The translations under genes were made by a program, and so were the position numbers. This document shows positions 37,201 through 50,699 of a stretch of DNA of 64,000 nt, one piece after another. This DNA comes from Chara braunii (lineage: Eukaryota > Plantae > Charophyceae). Under the pieces are notes generated by a model. It was not told the origin of the DNA. It saw only the letters and a program-made list of their open reading frames with translations, and did no database searches. The stretch spans positions 7,362,102 to 7,426,101 of the forward strand of contig BFEA01000010.1 of NCBI GenBank assembly GCA_003427395.1, in the 5' to 3' direction. The stretch's first letter is position 1; the number at the start of each line of letters is the position of its first letter.

Positions 37201-39690
37201 TGGAGTTGAGTTATGTTAGAGTAGCGGTAGAGTAGGAGGAGGAGTAGGAGCGCAGAGACTGGTGGCCTTGGCCACGAGAGAGGTGGAGACTTACCTTGGC
37301 GCCATAGTCGGGCTTCACTCCAGCGACCTGCATCAGAGGGGCTTCTATCTTCGCTGGTCAATGTTGAGGACATAATCAGCATCAGGTGGGTGTGTGTGTT
37401 TTGGGTGTGTGCATGTTGCGCACGCCATGCCATGTAATGACTGTGGATGGTGGAGCTCCGACATTGGTTTGGTCGGCATACTGCGGAATTTTGTCAGGGG
37501 TTGGTGGCTTCTTTGTCTCGATGCGGAGTTCACCCCGGTAATTAGAGAGCTCCAGGGTTTCTTTCGAGGGTTGGTTGCTATGTCGTCCTTACCATTCGTG
37601 AGCAGCTCCCTTTTTTTGCGTCTGCTGATGGCTCATGCGGCGGGGAGCATGCAGGGGTTCTGTTAGTGAAAGGTCCTATGTGTCAGGCTGTCTCCCGATC
37701 TATCGGTCTACCGTTGCTAGTCTATAAATCCGACACGGAGGTTCATATATATGTTATGCGTAGGGTTCTTATGGAGGATGAGGATGGTCGGTTAAAAATA
37801 ATAATAATATTAAGACTGATAGTAATCGATATTTGTTGCGTAGTATTGTGCCAAGCCTCCGGTTGAGGAGACCTGATCCTGAAAAAATCATGCTAGTAGG
37901 ACTTATTGCGAAGTGTTGCATCGAGCCTCTGGTCGAGAAAACCCGATATTTGTTATGAAGTATTGTAACATGCCAAAAGAAATTAATAATAAGCTTATAT
38001 CCTGCAAGAATAGCAGTCACCACCGGATTGCAAAAGTTGTGCTAAGCATTCGGGTGTGGAAACTTGATCATGCGCCATTGTTACATAGAACAAACTTCAG
38101 AACAGATTTCTATTCCTCGCGAAACTTTAGGCAATCATACCGGGAATATCAGAGAGCAATTTAATTGACGAAAAGTTGGAAATTCCGTTCGAATCCATAC
38201 TTAGGCCAAGAAGAGGCAGTCGCTGAGGCGGGGCATGGGAGGGGGAAGCCTGGGGACGCATTCATAAGCGACTAAATGTGTGCTTAAAAACGAATGTATA
38301 GAGGTCATGCCGGATCATTTGACCAGCTTTTGACAGTCATTTAATCATATGAGACTTGTCTAATACAATCCTATAACTACTAGCACAAACCGCAAAGCAA
38401 AGCCAGATTTGAAAAAACACCGTAAGAAGGAAAAGGGAGGTACAAATGTGTTCCTTACGTTTGTAGGTAAGAAGCTACTGCTCGAAGTGCATACATCATG
38501 ACAAAAAGGACGTAAGACCAAGCAACTGTTTGAAGCGCATACATCATGATAAAAAAGTGTAGAACCAAGCAGAATGCAACATACGAAGGGACTTTGCATG
38601 ATCTCAAACGGTTTGGAAGCGGGGGTGGAAGGGGAGGGCGAGGTATAGAGCGGTGGAGAAGCTGTTGAGGATCGGATATGGCGTTCTGCACAGGTGCAGG
38701 GTTGCTGCGGTGGTGGAAGCATGACAATGAAAAGAAAAAAGGCGAGAAATGCTAAGAAAGTCATAAAGGTTGAGAGCAGACAGAGCGCGTCAGCGTGCGC
38801 AGTCGCGCCCTCCTTATCTCTTTCCATGTTGCGCTCCTCTTCACGCTGCAGACCCCGTGATTAGGCTAGCCACGACTCCGAGCGTGACTACACATATCGT
38901 TGCTGCTGTGGCGATAAAGCAGGTTGTGCAAATAAGCGCACAAAGATGCGTCCTAAGGTGTACAGCAGGTGCGAGAAGTATGTGCTCTGATTGACACCGA
39001 ACGAAGAGGAGGCGGAGGATGAGAAGGTTGGGGATGAGTGCTAGCAAGAACATAGCTGCGAGGGCTAGTGCGAGAAGAGTTAAGGCGAGCGAGGAGGGAC
39101 GGTGCGGTCCTAGGAAATCAAGGTGCTGTGCTGCTGCTGCGGGAAGCTGCTCCAGTGGAAGGGACGACGGCGCTGGGCACTCCATGCTGCGAGGATCGAG
39201 GAAGTGTGGCTCAGAGTAATACCGTCTCCTGATCGTGCACCTCCCTTTGGGCCGCAAGCGCATCGAGGTCCAAGGGGAAGTCCATGTCGGCCGTTCAAAA
39301 CTGCCTTGCTGAAGAGTGCGTCAGAAGTCTTCCGAGAAAACCGGCGGATTGTCGCGTCCGCTTCGATGGTGATGCTTGGTTACTGCTACAGTACTCCCTA
39401 AATACTACGCCTACTTACCATTCGGGCCTACTGTTACTGACTACCTTTTGAAACGACACCCCGCCCAAGCGCTTTTTCTGGCGCCTTCTTGCTAATTGCC
39501 CTTCGAGGCTTGCGCTGCTGTCTGTCGAACAGGATATCATCGAAGTCCAATTAGCCCGGGCGAACCCACGCCTGGCCACGATATTCATGTCTCGGAAATG
39601 CTGAGCAGAGTACCCTTTCGGCTGCTGATAGGGCCAGTTTTATTGGAAACTCAGCTTGGTCCCTTCCTCCTGGAGGACCTGCTGTTACCG

Positions 39691-40085
39691 GAAAGCGAAA
39701 AAAAAGAGAGAGAGAAATAAAGAAAGAAAGAAAGAAGGAAAGAAAGAACGAAAGAAAAAAGAAAAAAAAAGAGAGAAAAAAAGAAAAAAAGAGAGAAAAA
39801 AAGAGAAAAAAGACAAAAGAAAAAAAGAAAAAAGAAAAAAGAAAAAGAAAAAGAAAAGGAAAGGGAAAGAAAAAGACAAAGACAAAAAAGGGAAAAGGGG
39901 GACAAGAAAATAGGAAAAAAAAGGAAAAGAAGAAAAGGGAAAAGGGAGAAGGAAAGGGAAAGGGAAACAGAAACGACAAAGGAAAAAGAGAAAAGGAAAG
40001 GAAAAGAAAAAAGCAAAAGAAAAAGAAAGGGAAAAGAAAAAACGGGGGGGACAAAAAGGAAAATAGAGAAAAAAAACAATGGAAA
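39691..40085. repeat. Polypurine (A/G) low-complexity tract
   Basis: About 400 bp that is almost exclusively A/G on the + strand. Confidence 0.95.
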
Positions 40086-41408
40086 AGCAGGGACATGGCA
40101 GGCCTGCTTGTGCAAGGAACCTGACTGTTCACAGCTTGCTTGACAGTATTACATCGCATGCATACATGTCATCACACATACAAAGTGGCTTCACTCAAAA
40201 CCAGATTGAGGTGAGAAATGAACCAAGTAGCGCAGCTTATATTAACAATGTCACTTAATACAAAGAGTATCATGAGTTCCAGAATTCAGCGCCAACAAAA
40301 GATAGTCTCTCTCATCATACAACAGCATGGGATCTGGCTTAGCCAGCATCCTTCTTCGGATTACATATATGGCGCCAACAGGTAAGTATGCAACATATCC
40401 AGATTCACTTCCTGCCTGTCTTCTCTCTCTCTGGATCTCCTCTCTCTAGAACTATGTCTTGGTTCTCTCCCTTCACTCTGCATGCACACTCTCACCTACG
40501 AAGATCTACTTTGAATGTCACTCATAGCCATCCTACTCACTAACTCTCTACTACTAACATAGGCTGGCGCAGCTATGGATTCCCTGCAGCCAGCGCCCAG
40601 CCTCCCTTCTTCCTGGCGCAGCTCTACTTCAGCCAGCACCTGTCCAGCCAGCTAGCGCACAAGTGCCGCAGCACTTCCACGCATCAATGCCAGTGGAAAA
40701 TCTGTCATGTGGGGAGGCAGTCTCGTTTCTTATAGTGCTGGCCTCCCCAAACGAGGGCTGAATCTTGTCTGTCCTGGGTCCTTTCCCAGTCCCAGCCTCT
40801 GTGTATGTGTCCCAGACCTTTTTCCTTCAAGGGTTGCTGCTGCTGCGGCCTTCAGGCCTTGATTTCGGACTCCTAATCTGAATCTAGACTTCCTTTCTGA
40901 CTTGAATCCGAACTGGGACTGAACTCTTTGACTTCCGTTTAGACAGACACATCTTTTGCACGAACAGACATCCTTACTGCACGAACAGACACAGTGACTG
41001 CACGTACAGACACATCTCTGCATGAATAGACATGACTCACACACCCCCTGGATGAACAGATACGACTCAAATATTTTAGATATTGCAACTGTTCGTCCAG
41101 GGCACAACTGTGACCTTTGACAATGTCCTTTGCTCTAGTTAGGATGTGACTTTTGACTCGGAGAACAGGTCGTTTGATCTGCTTTCACGAACTGGGCTCT
41201 GGGCGAGGTACCCCAATATGTTGCTTTCGTCGGGCAGGGGCTGTATCGGGTAAAGGCCCTTTTACTTGCAGGCTTCTTCAGCTTGACGGTCGGTGCTATA
41301 TGGCTGCCGGGGTCAGAACCGCTGAGGATAATGTCTTGTGTTATGCTCCTCATCTTCTGCCGATCCCGATTGTTTCTCCTGATTGTCTCCGCCCCGAATC
41401 CTGTGATC

Positions 41409-41419
41409 GTGTGTGTGTG

Positions 41420-41516
<97 letters not shown>

Positions 41517-41531
41517 NNNNNNNNNNNNNNN

Positions 41532-41600
<69 letters not shown>

Positions 41601-41760
41601 TTTCTTCTTCTGCTGCTCCCTGATTCTTCTCCGGACCCTCCATAGCCAGTACTCTTCTTCCTCTTCCTCTTCTTCTTCTTCTCATTACTATTATTATTAT
41701 TAATGATTTAGTTATTTATTTTTATTATTATTTCAGAGAGAGAGAGAGAGAGAGAGAGAC
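41409..41760. repeat. (GT)n(GA)n, (TTC)n and (TTA)n microsatellites
   Basis: Directly visible; contains a short N gap. Confidence 0.95.
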
Positions 41761-42671
41761 AGTGACTATTTCGGGCCTATGAGTGCCCAGGATTTGAGTC
41801 GACATTCTGGGAGGGACGATTATTGGACATTTGATAGGGAGACTATTTTTGGACTACTTCGAGTTATATTTTTTTCTTGTCGCCTCTCTCTCTTCTTCGT
41901 CTCTTCCCCACCTCCATCATCCGTGGTTTGCTCCCGATGTGTGTGCGAAGGAGGGATGTTTCTTCCGTGTTTGACTCCCCTCCTCGCTGATTCGACATTT
42001 GTGATGATGTCTGTGTGAGTCGAGTCTGAGTCCGATGAGTCAGGTCATATCTTTGAGTGTTCCGCCGTGCTACTTTGCATTATATTGTTTCTTTCTGGGT
42101 GCACATTGCTTATTTGCTGATCGCATTCTTTGTCCTGAGTCCTGCTCTTCACCTTGGTGCTCCTTCGGATCTGCGCATCACTCATCTTCAGATGAGCATG
42201 CATCAAATATGCAGAGGGGTGTGGTGGCTACCGAACAGGCGCCGTTTTTTTGCTGATGTCACAATCGGACTGTCCGATGCATTTATTTCACAGAGAACAG
42301 TACATCTATGTTGTGTTGTCTCATTATTGCAATCCTCTGCTGATCTTGGACTTGCTTGTTTGATCAGTACCCAAGGGACGTTAGAGTGCTTGTCCAGCAA
42401 CTTCGAGATGCAGAGAGGAATGTTGCCGATGCAATGCAGCAGGTCCACAGGGAAACAGCTTCGAGAATGGAACTAGAACGAGTTCTTGCCAGGACCTCAA
42501 TGGAACTCCGTAACTGCCAATGGCAGTCCAAAACAACGCAGCAAAAACTAGAGGGTTAGTTCTTTGCCTCTTTCATCCATCCCATGTGTTGTCAATTGCT
42601 GCATTTCAATCTTGTGAATCCAATCTGTAACAAGGTACTAAGGACCAATCTGAAACTATTAACTGTCAGCC

Positions 42672-43779
42672 TGTTGCATACTAGTGAAGCGAACACAAGT
42701 ATGATGCAGAACCCAGAACCGACGAATAACAAAGAGAAATACAATGCAGCGGAAGACTGATAAACATGGATCTGACTCACATCTGACTCGGGCTATACAC
42801 AGACTCACACACATACAGCCATCGGGTGAGAAGGCCTGGCGCTCCAAACATAGAAGATGGCGCCAGGGCCTGCACAAACCACACACGGACGAAATGTATG
42901 GGGAGAGACGTAGGGAGGAGGAGGAGATGGCGCCAACACAAATGTCACCGAAATAGTAATCCCGAAATCTCGAAGATACAAAATCTCGAAATGCCGCTGA
43001 TGTCAGATCTCTGAAAATAGTCCTCCCAATGTCCTAGTCTGAATAGTCTCAGTCCTCATGTCACCGATAGTTCACCACCGATCTCTGTCCAGATAGTAAC
43101 CAAGAATGTAGAAGGTGAGGAGGAGACAAAGATGAAGAGGAAGAGGAAGAAGAAGAACCGAGAGGGGCAGAGGAGAAGGTAGAGATGGAGAGGTGGGGAG
43201 GAGGACAGTCCTCACTGCCCTGCTTCAGCGTCCAGGTACCAACCTGCTGGCGCAAAGTGCCACCTTGGAGCTGCTGAAGACCTGCCTTCGACGCTGGAGC
43301 TACCCTCTCTCTCACCTCTGCAGCTGGTGCTACACCTAACGCTACTGCCTGGAGCTGCGCTAAACCAAACTTAGCGCGGCGCTGAAGCTCCTTAAAGCCG
43401 CGGTCTCAAGTGTGCTGAACAGACCGCTGGCCGGTACTAAGTACCGGCGGTGGCCTGTTCGGCCTGGCTGTTGAGAAACACGCGCCGTGATCTGAGCCGT
43501 AGATCGATCTGAAGGTTCAGATCTGACCCACCAGGGAAACTGCAGCCTCAAGCTTTGGCCGCCAGGTCAAACGAAAAACATTTGGACCGGTTTCCCGCTC
43601 AGGGCCTGCAGTTGCAGACCCGGGTCTAAAACCGGTTGCTGGAGGCCTAAGGTCGGCCTTTTCCAAAGGTCCGACCCTTAGCCCAGGCCGGACTGGCCCA
43701 CTGTGGCCACGGTCGGGGACAACTCCGTAGACCTAGCCATCGGGCCTAGCAGGGCCCGTGTGGAATCCAGGATGTAACA
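42672..43779 (-). repeat. 3' LTR of gypsy B (1108 bp)
   Basis: TGTTGCA...TGTAACA; aligns with 50700-51843; adjacent to PPT AAGGGGGGGAGTG (- strand). Confidence 0.95.
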
Positions 43780-43803
43780 CACTCCCCCCCTTAAAAGACC
43801 GAG

Positions 43804-45458
43804 CTACGTGCAAGGGTGAAGTTGTCTATCCAAAACCTGGGTGGGTCGTGAGGGACGAACTTTGTCCTTGGCAAGCCGTCGTCTTTCATACTCAGAGAAG
43901 ATGAGTGGTGCAGATACCTGTAAATCTGGTCGGAAGATCCAGCGAGTGTCATCGATATCACATTGCTTGAATGCGACTTGGTACTGCATTGGCTTGTTGC
44001 CATGCTTGCGGTGTGTGATGACACGGTCAGCTTCCTGATGTTCGTCCATGGAGGACGGATCCTGTGATCGTCTGCTCGGAAACTCGTCAGCAGAAGGTGG
44101 TGTGTAAACAGCCAACTTTGATGCATGAAAGACCGGGTGCACGGTGAGGTGCGGTGGAATGTGAATCACAAAGGAAGGGCCTGCAAGGTCGTCGCCGGGC
44201 GCAGAAATTACCTTCCATGGTCCGAACCATTTGGGGAGGAGTTCGCGAGAGACATCTTGCTCCAGCGCAAATTCCTCAGCGAGGACCAAGACAAGGTCAC
44301 CCTCACGGAAAGCACATGGGAGGTGACGTCGATTAGCTTGCTATTGCATGCGGACCTGAGCCTTTTGCATATTTGCTCGGGCTTTGATCAGCAAGTCCCT
44401 GTACTTCCGAATGGAAGCGAAAGAGCAAGAGACGTCTATGTCGGCGGCCCGAGGGAGAAGAAGATCAGCGTAGATACAACCTTTCCGTCCACCGTGATGT
44501 AACTCGTATGGAGTCACACAGATCGCGGGGTGCACCGAAGTGTTGCAGGCGAACTCGATATCCGGAAGGCGGTCAACCCAATCTTTCTAGTCCAGACAGA
44601 TGAGAGTACGGAGCATCATCTGGGCGGTTTGATGTGCCCTCTTCGTCTGTCCATCCGTTTGTGGGTGCCGAGCGGAACTCGGCTTCATTGTCGTACCGGA
44701 CTCAACCATGAGGGATGTCCAAAACGTTGACATGAAACGAGTGTCGCGGTCGCTCACGATGTCTTTCGGAATGCCATCGCTGCAAATTCAGCCAGTGTGC
44801 AAGAGTCGTGCGAGCTCGGGTGCTGCAGCATGATACTTGCAGGGAAAAAATCGAGCATACTTGCTCAAACGGTCAACGGCCGTGAAGATGCTGTCATGAC
44901 CAGGCGATCGCGGGGAAACGAGCCTGTAACATCCATAGTAATGGAGAGGCACGGTTCTTGAGGAATCGACAATGGTTTGAGTTCACCGTAAGGATGCTGA
45001 TGTCGTCCTTTGATGCGCTGGCAAACCACACATGACCGCACATATTTATTGACATCGTGAAGAACATCTTCCCAGTGAAAACCCTGGCGAAGACGTGCCA
45101 AAGTACGGGTGACGCCAAGGTGTGCCGAGAGTCGTGAGTCGTGGAATTCGCTGAGAAGGCGAGTACGCAAGATACTATCGCATGGCACCCATAACAAGTC
45201 CTTCCCTTGCGTGTGGAGAAGCAAGTACCCGTCGGTGATGCGATAGTGACCTGCCGGCGTGTGATCTGATGAAAGATCAGCATAAAGTGTTGAGTACTTT
45301 AGGTTGGACTTGTAACCATTGACGAAAAGCTGCTGCAAATCGTCGTCGACCTGAAACGTAGAGCACCAAGGCACACAAATCGTGTCGTCGTGATAGTGCG
45401 TCCACTGCTCGATTAGCGGAGCCTGGAATATGGACGGGGTCGAAGTCGAATTGGTCAA
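43804..45458 (-). pseudogene. Integrase plus C-terminal chromodomain of gypsy B
   Basis: EFHDSRLSAHLG...CVVCQ; ITMDVTG; PKWFGPWKV...HPVFHASKL; EADRVITHRKHGNKPMQYQVAFK...TRWI chromo-like domain. Confidence 0.9.
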
Positions 45459-46560
45459 TAAAATACATCCATCACCCGATCGTGCTTGTGACCGTGTCTT
45501 GCGTTTTATTTAGGTCAACGAATTATTGTCCAAATTCCATGTGAAACACCGACGCCCGAGAAGAAAGTGTCGCCAGCGTTTGAGAACGGTGGCGAAAGCC
45601 AGCAACTCTTTCTTCCTAGCGTCATCCAGAGAATGGACGAGAGGCACTTCTTGGGAGAAGTACGCGACCGGTGTCATTCATCGCCGTCATGATGTTTCAA
45701 TATCACACCAATGTCGTATCCGGAAGTGTCCGTAGTCACTCGGGTACGTAAGGTAGGATCATAAATGCGGACGGCGGCAGCGTGTAGCATCGTGTTCTTC
45801 ATCGCCTGGAATGCAGTCCGGGCTGCGTCGTCGAACTCGAAGGGCACCTTCGGAGACTGAAGCCTCGACAATGGTGCAACAACTTTGGAGTAAGAGTCGA
45901 CAAAACGTTGGTAATATCCAGCCAGACCCATGAATGAGCATACGTCCGTAGTAGTACGGGGTTCCGGCCAATCCACGATGGCTTAGATCTTGTCGCCTAA
46001 GGGACGAATGCCTTGCAGGGTAACATAATGGCCCAAGTATTCAAACTCCTGCTGTGCGAATTCACACTTGTCACAATTTGCTTTATACTTTGTCGTGTGA
46101 AGCCTTTCTAGGACAGCGCAAAGGTGTTCAAGATGCTCGTCGAATGTCCAACTATAAACCAAGACGTCATCGAGGTAAATGAGGACGGTGCGGTCGAGCA
46201 GATCCCGAAACTCGGTCGTCATAGCTGCTTGGAAGGTCGCCGGGGGATTGGTGAGGCCGAATGGCATCACAACCCACTCAAAATGCCCATACCGCATTTT
46301 GAAGGCGGTATTGTATCGATCTTGAGGCTGGATTTCAATCTGGTGGTAACTGGACTTCAAGTCCAACTTCAAGAAGTACATGGCGCCTCCCAATCTCTCC
46401 AGGAGATCATCAATCTGAGGGAGAGGGCTGACGTTCTTCACGGTTTGCGTGTTTAGTTTTCGATAGTCTATGCACAATCGGAGGTCCTTGTTCTTCTTCC
46501 GGACGAAGAGGACTGAGGCACCGTAGGGCGAACAACTCGACTAAATCCAACCCTTGTCTA
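45400..46560 (-). pseudogene. Reverse transcriptase and RNase H of gypsy B
   Basis: CIDYRKLN...LDLKSSYHQI...[14 protein letters not shown]...YLDDVLVYS; SFMGLAGYYQRFV; VTTDTSGY; ANRAVDALSR. Stops and frameshifts present. Confidence 0.95.
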
Positions 46561-46565
46561 AGAGG

Positions 46566-47438
46566 TCATCGAGTTGTGCGTGAAGCGCCTTGAGTTCCTC
46601 TTCGCTCATCCGGTGAATGCATTCGCACGGAGGGATGGCACCGTCCTTGTACGTGAAGCACCTTGAGTTCCTCTTCGCTCATCCGGTGAATACATCCGCC
46701 CGGAGGGATGACACTGTCCTCGAGAGCAATCCCGTGATGTGTGGGCCGATCCGGGACTGTTCCGGCGGGAGCTGCGAAAACGTCTCCATAACCGTCTAAG
46801 AGCTGAATAATACATGGGTCCAGCGACGATGTCTTCGGTTCGTCCGTCGGAGGGAGTGCATGCAAGAAGCATATTCCCATCTCATCGACGTTGTTCTGAG
46901 TAATAGCATTGCGAATCCTCGCTGCGGAGACCACGTGGCAACCAATCGAAGTGTGAGGGGGCGGGACCGTACACGGGACTAGCTCACGGTTCCGATCACG
47001 GACGTGAACGGTGCGGTGATGGAAGTTCACCGCGTGGTCGGGATTAGGCAACCAAGACATGCCTAAAATCATGTCGAGCTTGGTGTCGAGGATGTCGAAA
47101 GACACCGGCTCGCACGCAAGTGGCGCAAAGTAAACCGGGATGCCATCAACGAATCGGTCAATCAACTTTTGCGTGTGTCCGTCCGTGAGTGTCACATACG
47201 TTGGCGGTGTTTTCCTTCGAACGCGGGGGTCGAGTCCAGCGCGGGCCATAAAAGCTTGGCTCATATAGTTGCGAGACGCTCCAAAATCAATCAAGGCATT
47301 GCAGGTTTCCTTTCCGATCTGAATGCGGATATAGAGGAGGGGTGCATCGCTTTTGACGTACCTTTGGGAGGCATGCGTGCGGTCGATCTTCGCAAGATAG
47401 GCGTGAATATCGACAACCGCAACTCCGTCGTCCGTCAT
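46566..47438 (-). pseudogene. Aspartic protease region of gypsy B
   Basis: CNALIDFGASRNYM...DMILGMSWL. Confidence 0.88.
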
Positions 47439-47835
47439 GGAGCTGGTACTGCAGCGTGCAAGTAAGCGTGTAGGTTGGCCATTAAGTCATTGCAATGCGG
47501 CTTGGGCAAGGATCCGGTCGAGGGAAGAGGCAACCATTGGAAGTCCTCTATTGTTAGCGGGTCGAGATCCTCTAGTCTCGACCATGCCGACGAGTCCTCG
47601 GAGTGTGTAGGCGAAAAGACCGGCTCACTTGCTGACGGTGCGCAAGCTGCGCATATGCTGGCTTCATGCACGTGACTAGGCTGGTTCAACGGTGGGACCA
47701 GCTGGACTGCATAATCCTCGTACGTCAAACGAGAATCATTGACTACCGCATGTTCCCCGGAGATGAAGTCGGTTGCTAGCAAGGCAACCGTTTCCGGCGG
47801 AGTGGGGAGAGCCGTCGCTGCACTCCTCGTCGTGC

Positions 47836-49690
47836 TCAGTTTCCAGAGCTGTTTGGATGAGGCACACTAGCTTTGCCCTTGTCCGTGCATTGGGCGGTCG
47901 CGTGCTTGACGCTATTGCACCAAAGACAGTAGTTGTACTTAAGGCGGAGGTGGTAGACCTCCTCGCTAATGTGATACTTCGTCCACGGAAGCTGTCCAGC
48001 TCCTTCCGGCGCCTGGGTAGTCGCCTTCTTCTTCCGAGCTCGCGTGCGTCGAGGAGGGATGGCTGCTACAACATCTCCTTCACCAGAGGCTGTTGCGGCG
48101 GCATGATCTTCTTGTGATCCGGTTAGGATCACATTGGCATTGTGCCACTGAAATCCTGGCTTTGCCACATAGGCCGGCTGCCGCTGGCGACTTTCATTCG
48201 CCGCCCACCGGTCCGTTTGTATGAGAATGTTAGCTCTTGAATGACTGCGTCGAAGGTCGAACTGCAACTCGTTGCCGAGAGCCGTAGTCAACCCGTCGCA
48301 TGACCAAGAGAAGAACTCAGATCTCAAATCGCTGAGATCGAGGTTGAATTTCGGAGTGGCCACAAACTTTTTCCACCTCGTCAACCATTCTCGGGTAGGC
48401 ATAGTTGCCTTGGCTCCAATGGTAGAGCTCGTTCATGACCGTCTTCTTCACGTTCCGGACCATGAACCGCGTCTGCCACAGCTGCTCAAACTCGTCCCAT
48501 GTAATCTTCGTGTGCAGTGTTGCGATCGTACAGGCCTTTTGCAGCGCCAAATTGTTCATGAAGGCCTGACTGCCGCTAATCAGCTGGAGGTACAGCGCGT
48601 CGAGGCGCTGATCGTCGGGGACATGATGCACGTCCGCCTCCGTGTTGAATGCGGTCCACCATGCCAATGCGTCGGTCTTGCGGTAGTCGTCGAATTTGGC
48701 AACGTTGAACTTGGGCATCTTGAACGCCCGACAGCTGTCAGGTCTTGACTTCAGCTGACCAAGCTCGGCTTTGAGTATGGTCACTTGGTTGCTGAGCGTC
48801 GTTGGAGCCTGGAACTGGCCCACCTCGCCAATCAGGCTGATGATGTGATCAATGCACTGAGTGGTGGTGGTTGTACTTTCAATTGCTGCTACACGTGGGC
48901 CCCATTGCTGGCCAGCTGCTGATGAGCCGATTGGTGGTGCTGCTGGTGCATGGGCCTGTGCTTCGACCGTACTCAGGCGCAAAGTAAGTGCATCGTTGAC
49001 TTGCTGTTGCTGTGTCTTGGCAGAATTGATCGCTGTCGCGAGTGTCTTGAAGTCGTTCGTGGAAGCTTTTAGGATCTGTTGCTGCTGGTATGCTGCCTGA
49101 GCGTGCCGCCGCAACTGCTTCTGCTGCCAGTTCACAGTGCGTAACAAGTGTCTGAGTAGGTAAGCCAATTCTGCTTTCTCCTGTTCTTCCGCTGTTGGCG
49201 CTGATCGTGCTCCTGATGGCACAAAAGTCCACGTCGTGAGGAGTTCGCTGAAACACTGCTCCTCATTCTGCAGGACCTGTGTGCTTGCGGCACGCTGTTG
49301 CTGTTGCACTGCTTTGGCGGCTTCTCACTGTACCTGCGCCTGGCCGGCTGCCTCATTGGCCAAACGATGTGCCTCGGCTGCAGCCTCGTTGGCCAGCTTC
49401 TGTTACTCACCGGCTGGCTCTTCGGGCAGTCTCTGCTGTTCAGCGGCTGCAGCGGCAATCCGCTCCTGTTCGGCAGCGGCCAGGTCCATGAAGGCCTGAA
49501 CGCGCTGCAAGAACACGTCGGACGCCTCATTGGTGCCTTGGACTGGAAACGCCGGCAGGATCATCGTTCGCCGCCTCCTTGGTACCGTAGGTGTCTGGAT
49601 GCGTGCTGCCGACTGCTGCTGTCTGCTGAGAAGAGCTGCTATCCGAGGACTGCGTCGAGGAAGTACCCAAGGTCGCAGACGTGCTGACAT
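47836..49690 (-). pseudogene. gag: gag of gypsy B (frameshifted) with Q/A-rich coiled coil and CCHC
   Basis: FKMPKFNVAKFDDYRKTDALAWW...TWDEFEQLWQTRF; CLWCNSVKHATAQC knuckle. Confidence 0.85.
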
Positions 49691-50424
49691 GAGCTGCTGC
49701 TGGTAACTGCAGGGGCTGAAGCCGGGTAGTGTCCTTTAGGCCATTAGCGGGAGAGGAGAACAAGGGGTGGGAAGCAGGGGATAGACAAGCATGCTGCTCA
49801 CCAATCCCCAATGTGGACTGACACTCTAATCAATAGGAAAGAATTTCACCCCTGACGAATTTTATTTTTCACAAAATAACAAATGAAATTTAATTAATTA
49901 ATTAAAATAAATAAATAAATAAATACGTCGGGAATTAGGTGTCAATCCGAGATCCCAAGGTGGTCCGAAAGTTCACTGATAATCAAAATGCTAACTTTAA
50001 ACTTGATTGCAGGTGAAACTTCCGGGAAGTTGCAGTTCTGCAACTGTCCGGACCTTCCACCATCCGAGAATTCACGAAAAATCCCGTACGGAATTCACGG
50101 AGGTAAGCAGCTAACGAGCAATGCAAACTGACGTAGAAGAAAGAAGAGAATCCGTGAAAATTTTGGGATTTTCCGACCTAAAATTCCGTGAATTTTGCGA
50201 AATTCCTGGTGTCAAACCTAAAATTGACGCGAAAATCAGATTGCAACAACTCTATTTTTAGCGCATTACCAAATTACAGAAGCAGAAAGAAAAAAAAAAA
50301 TTGCAACTTGGAAATTGATGACAACTGCAGATCTGATAACGGAAACAATCCTAATCAAGTACTCAATCAACTTGCATTAACTGATTTATCAATTATCTTG
50401 CTTCTCACTAATCAGAACTACATC

Positions 50425-50433
50425 TATCAATCT

Positions 50434-50465
<32 letters not shown>

Positions 50466-50660
50466 GTCGATCAATCAATCAACCAACCAATCAATCAATC
50501 AAGCAATCAAGCAATCAGTTAATCAATCAATCAGTTAATCAATCAATCATCAATCAATCAATCAATCAATCAATCAGTTAATGAATCCATCCATCAATCA
50601 ATCAGTTAATCAATCAATCAATCGGAATTTCCGAAGGATCAATCAATCGATCGATCAATC
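50425..50660. repeat. (AATC)n tetranucleotide tract in the 5' leader of gypsy B
   Basis: Directly visible, between the PBS and gag. Confidence 0.95.
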
Positions 50661-50684
50661 TGTGAGCAGATCCAATCTTGGTCT

Positions 50685-50696
50685 GCTCCGATACCA
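50685..50696 (-). promoter_or_regulatory. Primer-binding site (tRNA-iMet type) of gypsy B
   Basis: The - strand reads TGGTATCGGAGC (consensus TGGTATCAGAGC), 3 nt from the 5' LTR end. Confidence 0.85.
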
Positions 50697-50699
50697 AAC

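Noticed and set aside
39551-40159. Phe-rich membrane-like or Lys-rich ORFs
   Set aside because: Translation of the polypurine tract.
40167-41122. Solo LTR with TGTCA...TGACA ends
   Set aside because: No TSD (ataca vs atgtc) and no second copy.
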